DNA of 54,701 bases, counting the filler, from Mitosporidium daphniae (Eukaryota), in assembly GCF_000760515.2 (NCBI RefSeq). It is 2 parts of 2 records of this genome, joined end to end, with 100 filler letters (N's around TTAATTAATTAA, not from the genome) between each part and the next. Parts side by side here need not be neighbours in the genome. Positions count along the whole stretch, not along the records: positions 27,488 to 54,701 come from NW_013546160.1; 1 more part is not named here. One strand, given 5' to 3'. Below are positions 34,601-47,295 of this stretch, piece by piece. A program made the position numbers and the translations under genes. The notes under the pieces were generated by a model, which had not been told where the DNA came from, searched no databases, and was given only the letters and a program-made list of their open reading frames with translations. The first letter of the stretch is position 1; each line of letters begins with the position of its first letter.

Positions 34601-37600
34601 GGCGAGGTGCAGGGCGTTCCCCTTGATATTGCTTACTATTCACGCTTTAAGATCCGTCCCAAGTACTTTGTTGCCAAGGAAAACACCGAGAACTTGCCCA
34701 ATTTTTCCACACATGCCCGCAACTCCAAAAAGAGCAGCCCCATTAACTCGGTGCGCTACATCTGGTCTGCATCCTCCGTCGATTGGCGCACAGTTCTAGA
34801 TGGCACTAAAGCAGAGAAAAACAGCACTTTGCTGTCTGCAAATGACGTTGAGCTGATATCGAACCCGGATCTGTCGTTTGTCTCGGAAGGGGAAACCAGC
34901 GGCCTTTCACAAGTCTTTTCCGTTTCGACAATTGTCCACTGCGAACGGCTAGGCGATTTCAGCATGCATTATCCTGCGATGCGGTGCCATTTTTTACCGC
35001 CCGTCATCATCAGCAGCCAGCTCCCGTATCCCATCACATTCAAAATTCTTGATCGGCGGCAGAAGGTCAACTTCAAAGCGTCTTTGGCGAGCTATGAAAC
35101 GCTACATTTGCACTATGTGGCTCTTTCCGCGTCAGAAGACATCGATGGGGGTCCAGCGTTGCTGGGGTTGATGGTAGATATCCCTGACATTGGGTGCACC
35201 TCGCGCAACCCGTCACTCATTTATCACTCTGCTGAAGCGTCACGACGTCTAGTAAGAGCGTCCAAGCAAACACCAGAGCAGCGGACCAAAGTCGAGAACC
35301 GCGCAAAAACAGAGCCAGAGCAGCAGAACCCATACGTGGATGACTTTATTGAGCTTGTCAACGGAAATGGCCTTCCTTTGGTTCTGCGCATAAACTACAG
35401 GTGAGCAAGATGCCATTTTAACGGTTACAGGTCGTTTGAGTGTTCGAGCGTTGTGAAGCAGATTGAAATATATGCCCCATATGTGGTGTTGAATCAATCA
35501 GAGCTAGACATTTCATTTAGACAGGTCTCTGCATTGCTACCGGGCAACCAGGGTGAGAAGAGACCACATGCGATCGGTGCCACGAACGGGCTACTACCCC
35601 TTCTTTATTCATACGGACGCAACTCCGGGACGCTAAATCACTTACTCAAGTCTTCCCATGCACGGTCAGTGATTCGCACCAAAGACACGGAGTGGTCAAA
35701 GCCAATATCCATAGAAATTGTCGGCTCGTCGCAGCATCTTGAGCTGTGCGGGCGCTCCGCTTCGTATCAGCTCGGAATTTCCGTTTCGACGGATCCCCGC
35801 ACCCCAAATTCCAAGGTGATAATGATCCGGCCACGCTTTGTGCTTTATTCAATGGTCGGCTTTGACTTTTGCATTGCTGCCTCTGCTTCACCCTCCAATG
35901 TGAATGTCGTTTCGCCCAGGACGCTGATCCCATTTCACTTTGGACGATCAAAGAGCGAAGACCACGACTCGCCGGCCTTTTATGCAGTCACGCTCAAAAA
36001 AGTGTCATCGCCACAGGACTGCTGGAGCGCGCCCCTGATTCTAACACAGCTTGGAACAAGTTTCCTTCGCTTTGAGCGGAGCGATGACCCTGCTATCGTT
36101 GTCGGTGGACCGGAGCCAAAACCCAACCCAAAGGCAAGACTGCTAGCCCCGACCTCTAATTTTGATGCTTCGCTGTCTCCGGGAAAAGGCGCAGCCATCA
36201 CATTGGATACTTCCAATGCTAGCATATGTACAGAACCTTCAGCAGCATGTGGATTGTCACCGCTACTTAAATGCCAGGCACTGATGGAAGGCCCTACCTT
36301 TTATGTGGTCTTTTCAGCGCAACAGCAATATCCGTTCATTTTGGTGAACTCGTGTTCGCATCACGCACTGACATGTCATCAGGTCGGGTCCCACAGGCTC
36401 TATTACTTGCCTGCACGGAATTCAGAGCCATTCGGTTGCACAGTGCCAAACGAGGAGACAGATGCCCACAAAGGCACTCGGAAAGCCAGGGATATTTCTC
36501 CCAACACGTCTCCGGAGAGAACAGAGGACTCTTGCAGGCCTTCGGCAATCTCGTTTTTTTGGGAGATGCCCTCAGTTGCGGAGAAAAAACTGGCCATCTA
36601 TCTGGACGATGCTGGCAAGAAGAAGGAAATCAACATTTCCGAGATTGGCACCCTGGAGCCACTCAAGTTCCGAATGAGGGATGGCACGTACACCATAATC
36701 AATGCCAAGGTAGAGCTGATGGGAGGCTCACAGAGTCTGCGTGTAGTTTTTTCAGAATCTCCGCTGTTAGATACCACGCCCAAGAAGCCCTCAAAGAAAT
36801 ATCCACAATGGAAGTTGAAAAAGAAGATCAAGAAAAAAATGAAGGCCCTCAAGCAGTCCATACAGGTCAGCAAGAAGAGCCATTTCCTGTCTCTTCAGCG
36901 AAGATTTTTCCACTCCACCATGCGGGAAGAAGACATGCGACATGATTCATCTGCATCTCCGCACGGTGGGTCTGTGTCAGAGAAACGGTTGAGCATTTCC
37001 AACTTGCTTTCCGGGCTCAAGCTGAACCTGGAAATCCAGTCACGAATCGGCATTTCGCTCATTGACAATAGCAATGCCTGTGAGGCATCTGAGCGCAGAT
37101 TTGAAATGGCCAATGAAACGCTTTTTCATGAGCTAGACGAAATTGCATACATCGCCATCGAGGGGCTCTCCGTAACGTACCACCTGCCTTCTGCAGAAGA
37201 GTCCATTAAGTTTGCGTCTCCAAGCTTGATGAAGCTGTCCATCAACTGGCTGGAGGTTCGTTGATCTCCTGTTTTTCTCACTTGTAGATTGATAATCAGT
37301 GCGCGCTTGCCACAGCACCATTGGTTCTTTACCCCTCAGTACTGAAAAAAGAACGCTCTCTGCAAGGGGACGAAGATCTGCTCGATAAGATGGAGCATCC
37401 GTTCTTAAAGTTTATTTTGATTGAGGATGAGAACCTGGCCTCCTCCGGTATCAAGTGCTTCCAATATGGAGGTCTTTTAATCCAGGAGTTCTCGCTAGAG
37501 CTTGACGGCTATTTTATCAGGCGAATGGAGCAGTTTCTTTCCTTTGACTCTACCACGCTGGCCCAAGTCTCGTCATGGGCGCTCAGTGGCAGCATGGAGG

Positions 37601-39194
37601 CGGATTTTGATACCATTTGCTCGTTGATGGAGTCGCGCAATGGAGACAAATTGCTCTATTTCGAGTGGCTGCAGATTCATCCCATCAAAATCAACCTCTC
37701 CTATTCGAGGGCAGAGTTTCCGCCGCACATTCAGCTGGCAAAAGAGGGCCAAGCAGAGCCTCTTTCATCGATGGCCGAGATCCTTGGAAACATTCACGGA
37801 GCGCCCCTGCGGTTTAATGCCTTGATTTTACAAAACCCGATCTTTGCATATGGAATTTTCGTGAAAATCCTCAAAGAGCACTATGGAGACCAGCTCATCC
37901 AGCAAGTACGTGTCCCCATCATCTCAATGCATAATGTTGTAGGTTCACAAGGTTATCGGTTCTTCAGACATTGCCGGAAATCCCATTGGAATGTTCAATA
38001 GCTTCGCATCTGGAGTGACCGATCTCTTTTACGAGCCTTACCTTGGCTTCATTTCGGACAAACCGCAAGATTTCGGAATCGGCATTGCAAAGGGCAGTGC
38101 GTCTTTGATCAAAAACACTGTTTATGGCATTTCAGATACACTCTCAAAAGTGACCAATTCGTTTGGTAAAGGACTGTCCATCACCACGTTGGACTCTGAG
38201 TTTCAAAAGGAGCGGAGGTGGAATCGGCGCAAGAGAAACAGGCCAAGACATGCTTTTTCAGGTATCCCCTTGCAAGTGTGAATGTAATTTTTAGGTACGG
38301 CCAAAACTAGCGGCCAAAACATAACTTTTAGGCATGACTACGGGCGCAAAGTCTTTGGTAACATCAATTGCCTCCGGCATCACGGGAATCGTGGAGAGAC
38401 CCATTGAGGGCGCCAAACATTCCGGGATTCCTGGGCTCATAAAAGGCATTGGCAAGGGAATAGTTGGGGCCGTCACAAAGCCAGTGGTCGGCATGTTTGA
38501 CCTTGCCTCGTCCTTGACGGAGGGCATCAAGAACACAACGTCGCTCATCTTTGACGAAGACATTCTGGATAGATGTCGGCCGCCCAGAGTGATTGCTGCC
38601 AGTGGGGCCATCAAGGTTGCCATCAATTGAGGTTGATTTCTAGGATTACGATTTGGAGGCTGCATTGGGGCAGCAAATGATGAGGGAGGGTGCGAATGGA
38701 AAGTTCATCCATCTCACATATGTTTCGCACTTTTACCTTCCAAAGGGAAGCTCCCTGAAATCGCTCTTTATGAAGCATGCCATTGAAACGGCCTCCGTCG
38801 GTCTGGTGCTCATTTTGCACACGCGCGGAGTGGCGTTGCTTTCCTCAAAGGGCCAAATGGAAGAAATATGGTCCTTTGACTTTAAAAGATACATTAGGCT
38901 GTTGCCAAACGCAGAGCTTGAGGCTGCATTGGATTTGTCTGTTTTCCATGTGGTTGCCATTGAAATTTACCGCTCCATGGTCGAAGACGACGATTACGAA
39001 ACTGCTTTCGATGATGAAGACGAATTTCTGCCGCTCGAAAAACGGGCCAAATTGAGGATTCTGCTTTTCCCTACTTCTCAGATGAAATATGTAAGCTTGC
39101 GCGGTTTATCGTTGTTATGATTTAGAAATTTTTAAGCCAGTTTAAAGCAACACATGTGGCATGGCGACAGAAGAATCAAATAGAGCCAGACTGA
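28669..39194 (+). CDS. VPS13: VPS13-family lipid transfer protein
   Basis: Chorein N (MFE.....L....G.Y..N......GIW.GDV...NL), WEPLIE.W, VAB repeats (IYAPYV.LN), IHPIKINLS, FASGV.D.FYEPY.G and G.GKG.VGAVTKP..G.FD. Confidence 0.92.
29239..29382 (+). repeat. Three imperfect 48-nt (16-aa) coding repeats in VPS13
   Basis: GEPIETPARDSIDIST / GSPVEISSLDAVDVCT / GKPVEISTLHAVEVSP. Confidence 0.75.
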
Positions 39195-39263
39195 TGGGAC
39201 CGTGTGGTCCGAACTAGGGCCGGGCTAAGGCTTGGGGGGTTAGCATTAGGGCTGCCGCTGCGA

Positions 39264-42200
39264 TCAGAATAAATTTATCACGCAATATGACAACTCCTGT
39301 ATTTCTGGCAAAATAACGTCTTCATACGAGCTTTTCAGGTGATCGTCGGAAAGCACGACCACAAAAGAAAATGCCTCCTGCGCCCATTTATAGGATTTGT
39401 TGAACAGATGCAGTATTTTGAGCTTTAGCGCGTGGTTCCATATCTGCGTGACAATGTTCGATACCAAGCTGTCGGTGAACACTTGCTAACAATAAATGAG
39501 CGCTGCAATACCGCATGTTTCCTGGCCAGGACAAGTAGGGTTTTGTCAAAAGAAACATCCTCAACTGCCGAGTTGAAAAAGCCTGCCACAAGCGAATCTA
39601 TCACCAACGAAAACTGCTCTTCAAAGCGGCCGGTGCTGGCCGGCTGGCTGCACGTCTGCAAGCTCTCTTCCAAAAGGGTAACGCAACGTTCAACTATCGG
39701 AAACAAAGACGCACAGATTGCTTGGAAAGAAGCCCGCGGTAGGGTTTCAAGTAGCATGCAAAAAATGTCTTCAAGCGAATCCAAAGATGCGTTTGCGATA
39801 ATTTCAGAACACAATTCAGGCAATCGGCTGGTTGAACATTGACTTTGAATGGCAAAAGCGACGCTGTGGTACTGCAGCTTTGCCCTCAATGCAAGTGTTG
39901 CATGTGGCTCCGAGATATGCATCGCCTTGATGCTAGAATAAATTTCGGCAGCAGCCGTATCCAAAGAAGGGATATCATTGCAGCAGCCGAGCTCCAAGGC
40001 CAGGGAAAGAGCAGAAAAAGACAACAAGGCCGATTTTAGCGCCTGGGCTTGCGACGTTTGGGGGTCCCGCAAAAGGTGCACAAACTAATGCAAAAATGAA
40101 CACCAACAATCCCAACCTTGAAGGAAAAGAAGAAGAAGCGAAAACACGTTTCAAAACAGCACAATTTGGAGAGGCGAAGGCCATAATTCCAACCTACAAT
40201 CACCACGAAAGCTTTACAAGATTTAAATAAATCGCTGACCAGCAAATAAGAAAAGTCATCCAATTGGTGCATGACCGTTTGGATCCACTTGTGCACTAGC
40301 GCCTTGAATATGATGTGGCTTACATTGGTCGAGTAGGTCCAAAATTGCTGCGAACACTACTTGTGCAGCACTGGAAAAGCAATGTTCATCAAAATGATCA
40401 TAAATGTTTACAAGGTACGAGACCATCACCTCCAGACACAAGGAAACATAGCAAACGGAGCTCCCTCTCTTTCCAAGAAAGCCGCACATCATGTGTAAAG
40501 CGAACGGAATGTCAACCAAAGGGATATTTTCAATCAGCACTTCGTGGAATGCATAATAGAGCTCTTCGCTGGCCTGAGAAAGGCTAGCCACATCATTCAT
40601 GATAGAAAATATCTGTGCAACCGAATCGCCGGCATTGAGTTTTGCGATCGTCTGCACGTGCAGTATTAAGATCAACAGCTTTGGTTGCGCATGCTCGGTG
40701 GTTTTGATTCGTGACAATTCCTGAACAAAGTTCTTGGATGCGTGGTAATCGTTCAGAATGCAACTTAATAGGACGGAGATTTCATAGGAAGTGGCAAGAT
40801 TTTCAATGCAATTTGTTTTGTATGAAAGCAGTTGCAGACACTCCGTGATGGCCTTGGCGTCTTCATATGCCTTTGAGTTGAAAAGCAAGTGGATGCAGTC
40901 GAAAAGCACGACCGACAAATGGTCTGTGATGCCGCTGGTGAGCAGGCAAAATGATAACGAGCAAAGATGCTGTTTGATGGAAGAGATGATATTTGGCCTG
41001 TCCGCCTGCGTGGATGCATCCAGCTGATGAAATAGCAGCTGGAATTTCAAGAGAACGACCTTGGAGTATAACTCTGCGTTACAATCCAAAATGTTTTCGT
41101 TTTTACGGCAAAAGGCATTATGGCAATTGAGAGCCTGTGAATAGCTAGTGACAATGAGAAATGACGCCTGCTAACTCCAATCGTTCACAGATGAGCATCC
41201 ACAGCTGTTTAACGTGCTCAAAAAAAGTCACATTGACTTGCAAACTACAAAACGCATCCGTGATGACTTTGGAAATTAAACGCAAAATTACAGCGTAAAG
41301 CAGTGGCATCGTTTTGCAGCATGCTGGCCTTCAATAGGATGTATGGCGGTAAGCTTTGCATCTAGGGGGCTAGCGACAAAAGTACCTCTATCGCCTTGTC
41401 GATGTAAAGCAACGAGTCCTGTTGAGCGCTAGCATTTCCTTGATGCATTGATTCGGCAAGCTTATAGTAGTAATATGCAAGAATAGAGCTGATTTCAGCA
41501 TTGCTGATGGAGAAAGTTATTTCTATAAGTTGGGTTAGGAAATCCGAAACAAGGGAGCAATCAACAGTGGCCCCAGACAATTGGTCAACAAGCTTCTTTA
41601 TGCGAATGTGGATATCAATCACCTAATGCCTGATGAACAGCCAAAGCCAAACGTGTTTTGGGTCTTGCACTTGCTTTAGTAAAGCCACGATTTCCGCCAA
41701 GGTAGCTCCAAATTCAAGACAGGACTTGTGTTGCACTTGGGATGAGGCGCACTTGGGTGTCAGGCTTTGTTCAACCTTTGCGCACAGAAAAAAGCACTTT
41801 TTCTTTGCAATTTTAGCAAACAAATGGCAGATGTTATAGGATAACAGCATCGTAATGACCTAGGCTTTTAGAAATTTGGAAACTTCTAAGCAATAATCAA
41901 TAACTTTGTTTTTATGTGGCGACGTTTCTTCCAACTGAAATTGGCCGATCTCAACAAACAACATCAGCTCTTAAAAGGGTTATATAAGAGTCCATCTACT
42001 TTCAAGATGGGACGGAGTTAGCGTTGATGGGGGATTAGAGGTGATTGTTCGATGGCAGTTCTCGAAAAATACAAACAAATTCTTTGCATCACTTTCAAGA
42101 CTCGTCGTTCGAGATCCGGAATTGATGATTTCAATAACTTGGTTCCAAACTTTCACCACTGCATGCAATAGTACTAAACGAATTACTTTGTTGCAACGAA

Positions 42201-42352
42201 AATGTGCATTTCTCAGCTAAGAAGCAGTCTAACGCTTCTTCTTGCAGGAAGGACAAATCCAACTGATTTCCGCCACACTTCATGCAAAAATTTGCCACAA
42301 AACGCACTTTCATGAAAAAGCCCATTTTAATTTGACTGGACTCGTGCTCCAT
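39264..42352 (-). CDS. ZIP4/SPO22/TEX11-like meiotic TPR protein (multi-exon)
   Basis: Helical TPR-like protein with AVVKVWN near the N-terminus, CWNYG internally, and C-terminal QIWNHA...F..SYKW....F.......LKSSYE, resembling the TEX11 AWN.G......KW..LA..F..HL..LK.SYE pattern. Confidence 0.6.
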
Positions 42353-42699
42353 TTTTCGGACACATTATTTCCGCAACAAAAACCCGCTCTATGGCAGCGG
42401 CTTTCAGCTAAAGTATGCGATGTGTTGAGGGAGGTACAAACCTTCAACCTAACTGCTATTTGCTAGAGCCCTCATCAATAAGGCTGATTAGCGGATAACG
42501 AACCTTACCGACAATTTTTTGTGCTCTTCGACGGGAATGAAATCGAACCTACCCAAAGGACTATGTATGCTCGCAAATGCGAATAAAATAAGAAATCAAT
42601 TTCAAAGCACTACATTTCAGGCTTTTCTGTGCGATTTTGGCTTGTATGTTTATTTGAGCGAGTGCACATATGGATATATATCGATGGGGTGCACTTTGA

Positions 42700-42960
42700 C
42701 CCGCCTTCAGCTGAGATTTATTGAAAGAACACCTAAAGTCACCAATTTTGGCATCTGGGCGCAAGGATAGCAAGATATTGGATGCTTTTATACTTTCATG
42801 GATGATTCCATTTTTGTGGCCACATTTGACTCCCTGTGCAAAATATTGATCTTTTGAATAAAGGATTCTAATAATGTTTGGATGTTTCAGCTTGGGTTGG
42901 ATATCAAATCGTTCATTCAAGGCAGTCAGTTCAGCCCATAGCTCTCAATTTGTTTAAGAA
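42700..42960 (-). pseudogene. Degenerate Ser/Thr kinase fragment (Aurora/Polo-like)
   Basis: DIQPKLKHPNIIR...HKNGIIHESIKASNILL...AKIGDF; HRD and DFG are degenerate, subdomains are deleted, and stops lie upstream. Confidence 0.55.
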
Positions 42961-43014
42961 TTGCATGGCTCTGGCTTGAGAATTGGATCGGTTAGTTCGG
43001 CCCTAAGTTGCACA

Positions 43015-43065
43015 ATGAACATATGATCTGCCTGAACATATGACCTGCCTGAACATATGACCTGC
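43015..43065. repeat. 17-nt tandem repeat (tgaacatatga(c/t)ctgcc) x3
   Basis: Directly visible in the sequence. Confidence 0.85.
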
Positions 43066-43646
43066 TTTCGTTGATATCTGTACTGTCAAGGCATTTCTCA
43101 ATACTGCGTTTCCACTTAAATGGGCCCTTAAAAAGTGTGAAACTAGTTGCACCAATTAATCCGAGAAATTAATTAGTCTGTTCAGAAATACTTTCCTCAT
43201 TTTAATTATGTTTCATGTTCTGACGTCATGCCGTTTGTACCGCAAATTAATATTTCGGTCAAAACGCGTCATAATTTGTTTCTGATGTAACCTTAACCCT
43301 CAATAGAGCATTGGTGTCAGCTATTGATGTGGTTAAAGGGTAACGTTTTTATGTGTACAGCGCCCCATGTTTTCCCTTTTATTTTTACAGCGGTGCAACG
43401 CTTAACCTCGGCTTTACTCGAACTTGTTCACAAATATCTCAAAAATAGTGCCGCTATTGATGCTATTTTGGGCTTAACCGATCTGATTGGTCGCAGTACT
43501 GCCATTTTTATGTATTATCTAAAGTTGTCTGTGACCGATCGACTACTGTTGATGATAGAGACGTTACGTTTATCTCAAGGCCGGCTATTATGAAGAATGC
43601 CAATCTCAAGTTTACGTCAAATTTCCCTCCTGCCCCCCCCCTATGG

Positions 43647-44394
43647 TCAAGAGAGCAATGAAGCCTTTTGAATATCCGATGAGAAACTGACCAGTTTACT
43701 GAGAAAGTTGTCGATCTGCGCTAACTTCAACTTGTAGTTTTTCCGATCTCTAAAAGCGTTCAAATATGTCAGAAGGGGGCTCTGAATGCGGATAAATTTA
43801 ATTTGACTTTTTAAGTCGGATAATTTTGGGCCTTGTGGAGGACAAGCTTTGTAGCATTGCATGTGTAACAAGAAAGGTCGGCTTTGAGGAATCAATCGGA
43901 CAATCTGAAATGTATGTGCAATTCTGGGCAGGCCTGAGAGGGTTGCTTGTCACGGCGTTAGCTTCTGCAAGTCTCTCCTGCACGCGAATCCCTTTGACAT
44001 TTTTTCGAAGCACAAAAGCCTGCCTATCTGAATCCCTCTTTGCATTTTCTGAGGAGCTATTTGGCGTTGGATTATTTTCACACGACCCTTCCAATACATG
44101 GGAAGACCTTTCTAGCTCTGGCTCCGGCGTAATAACCCAAGAGCAATCTGTAAAGACGGAGGGGAGCACATTTTCCTCTGCTAACTTTTTGTCCGGTTTT
44201 CTTCTATCTCGAGACATTGCACATTTAGGGGTGTCAAGACCAGTTATGCAGACATCTTTTTGAGTTTGATTGTTAAAGTTTGGTAATGCTCTCCACGTAA
44301 AAGAGTTCCTTTGGGCAAATGTAGATTTCCGCCAACCAGAATTCTGCAACTCCGCATCTATCTCAGATAGCGTCTTTGACTTTCTAAATGTCAT
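43647..44394 (-). CDS. Hypothetical protein (3' exons uncertain)
   Basis: 198-codon ATG ORF following an AT-rich leader; probable short intron near 43780-43805. Confidence 0.5.
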
Positions 44395-44639
44395 TAAATT
44401 TGATAAAATTGCAAAGTTAAATCGTCACAATCAACCCCCGGGTAAATCGTCGCCATATACTCATGCTACAAAAACACACATTGGTGATGCTTGCTTGTTC
44501 TGAGTTTGTGCCCGCAGTGCACCGCTTAAATTTCCATCTCGCGATCCGGGAATCATGGCATCCGAGTTTCAACGCAACATTGTGTGAAAAGACTTGAGAA
44601 TTAGACTTTATTCTGTACAAATACGTAAAAAACGGCCTA

Positions 44640-46480
44640 TCATCGACTGGAAATGATCTTTATGATGGCGGGTATTGAGGGCCTCAGATTCTGATCAAGG
44701 CTAAGCATGTCCTCAATCAGAGACTGAAGGTTTCTTGACACCCCGCTCATAGAGATTCCATTCAACGGAGAGTGGCTTCTAAGTAATTGCCACGAGTCAC
44801 CTTGGCTGGGCAGCTCAATATTGGCTGCAAGCTCTAAAGCAATCAACCCCATACTACAGTTTAAGGCGAAGCCAACACGTACCTGAAAATGTCAGCGGCA
44901 GGAGAAATAGCGCCGGATAAGATTTCAGGAGCCAAGTATACTTTATCGCCCTCTGTGATGTCATCTGAAATCAGCTGCTGAGAATGGGAATCCGTTGATT
45001 CGTAAAGATACTTTCTTGCCAGGCCAAGATCAGACACCTTGTATGTGAATTTGGATGATAAAGCCCCGCTACTTAACAGGATATTTTCAGGCTTCAGATC
45101 GAGGTGGATGTAGCCTTTGGAATGGATGTGTGAGAGGGCCTTTGATAGTTGCTCTATCAGGTCCCAGATTTCTTCTTCATCAAATTGACTGCCAGAATAT
45201 TCGTTGATCAAATCCAAAAGACTACATAAACGTCACTAACATTACCTCCCATTGGGACAAAATTCGGTTTCAATGTAAAGGATGCCGCTTTGTTCCCAGG
45301 CCGAAAGGATCTGAATGCAGTTTGGGTGCCCGGAGATCGCCCATAATGCCAGTATCTCTTCGAGTTTCATCCTCCTACAAGGATGATGAGATGTGTGTGC
45401 GTACCTGTCGAGATTCCCTGAATATGGGCTTTTGCTTTTTTTCACACATGAAATGCTGGATTCATCATCTACCTTACAAACCTTGTAAACTTCTGCAAAC
45501 GAGCCAGAGCCGATGGACTCCAGTATGTCAAATTTTGATAGAAAATAATCTTCGTTGGTGTGGCTGGTATTGTCGTCAGCGTGGGCTGGCGCGATATGAT
45601 GCGAAAAATTGGATGAATCAAAAAAGTTAGCTTTAGGAGACATCCATTCGGAGACTTTTCTCTCAAATAGGCTGTTATTAAAGACATTTCCATTCTGCCT
45701 GAAAGGAGACAGGTTGATGTCACTACGATGCTCTACATCTTCAATATCGGAGTCGCTTGATGAAAATGCGGAATCCTTTCGATCTATTGAGCCCACCTCA
45801 AATACGAGTCTCCGTGGGGATGATGGCGCATCAATGCACTCAAAATTCATCAGATAGTCTTGCTCTGAAAAAGGTAGGGTTTGTACATCATTGAATGAAT
45901 CATAAAGAGGCTGTCTTATGGGCGAAGTAGATGGCCCTGTTTCCGACATAAATACAAATTTGGTATTGGACTTTTTGGATGGCGTTCTGGGTGTTATAGA
46001 TGGGTGCAATAGATCGCTATCTTCGATAGATTGCGAAGAACAGTAATTTTGCGTATCCTTGAGTAGGGGAGAAAATTTTGCTTTAACTCTAAATTTCAAT
46101 GCGGAGGGCGTAGTTGTGTGTCGATTTTTTTTTGATTTGTACCCAGAATGTGAAAAAACATTAGGATCCGGCTTTACGAGCTTCAACGGAGTTTTAAAAG
46201 TCTGAGGAGACGGTGTTGGTATCGGAAACTGAGATAAATTACCATTATTCAACTGGGCCAAGGACGGTAAAAAGTCTTATGATGACGATTTGGGAGGTGT
46301 TATGTTCATATAGGTTGATTCCATAGCCAATGCTTCATTGCAAAAGTCGCGCTTGATGGATGGCTTTCTAGGAGAAAAAGGATTAATATCGTCAACGCTT
46401 TCATATCCACTTATCATATTGTCACTAAATGGGTCCGAGGATAGATGGGGTGGATAGAGAGGACGAGGACGAGGACTCAT
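44640..46480 (-). CDS. WEE1: Wee1/Myt1-family kinase
   Basis: S/P-rich N-terminus, IGSGSFAEV, HPNC......WE, IHLDLKPENI, DLGLA, EGD..YLAPE, ELAANIELP..G..W..LR. Confidence 0.9.
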
Positions 46481-46564
46481 GCTATGCACTACAGTAATTT
46501 ATTCATGCAAATTAATTTATTAGTAATTATGTAATTAGAAAAACAATAATCAAAATTTGCAATT

Positions 46565-46637
46565 GGTCCCATAGCACAGTGGTAGTTGCGACTGCCTCGT
46601 AAGCAGTAGGCCGCGAGTTCGATCCTCGCTGGGACCT
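46565..46637 (+). tRNA. tRNA-Thr(CGT)
   Basis: GGTCCCA...ACTGC CTCGTAA GCAGT...GCGAG TTCGATC CTCGC TGGGACC T, followed by a T-run. Confidence 0.92.
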
Positions 46638-46651
46638 TTTTTAATATTTTA

Positions 46652-47263
46652 TTAAAATTGTCTTCTCCTCACCCTATACATCTCCCTTTGAGCAGCAAAT
46701 AGATCCTTCTTTAATTTTGGAGTTGGCTCTTTGGGATGCATAAAATTGCAAAAGCCACCTTTAGTGCATTCGCCATTTTCATTTTGCCTGCAACATGCCT
46801 CTCTAAATTCTGTCACAGGTGAAAGCTCTGCATATAAAGGCCTGCCGCTGTAAAAGCGTTGATTGAGAGCTTCCACGGCAATTCCGGCCTCTTCTTCGGA
46901 AGAAAAGCGAATATAGACGTTCCCCAAAAGATGGTCGCCCAAATTTTCACAAATATTCATGGCCTCGATTTCGCCATATTTTGTCGAAATCTCTATGAAT
47001 ATATCCTCATAAAAGGTGTCAAAGTGTTCTTGAAGCTGGGACTGTGTCATTTTACAATTTGGATCGTGAGAGGGTGGTATGTATAAATTGGGGATGAGCA
47101 TTGTTGTCGAGTATGGGGGTTTTATATGCTTCCTAGAACATCTTTCCCCATGTCTGCAGGCTCCAATCTTGAAATAAAACGAGCAGTTGACCCTAAAAAT
47201 CGGCATACACGAAACTTACTTGTCCTTTTCTGTACCATGGATGGAAGCTAAATGATCTGCCAT
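46652..47263 (-). CDS. U2AF1: Splicing factor U2AF small subunit (U2AF35), no RS tail
   Basis: MA.[34 protein letters not shown].GNVY and ELSPVT.FREACCRQ...C.KGGFCNFMH. Confidence 0.96.
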
Positions 47264-47295
47264 TTTTTAGTTTAAATAAAAAATTTTTAAATTAA

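Noticed and set aside
36271..36945. 224-aa alternative-frame ORF within VPS13, and other shadow ORFs
   Set aside because: They have no recognisable motifs and are expected by-products of long coding regions
44400..44640. RNase P- or U3-like RNA downstream of WEE1
   Set aside because: Only partial matches (GGAAATT, short complementarities) are present, without the conserved regions in the correct order
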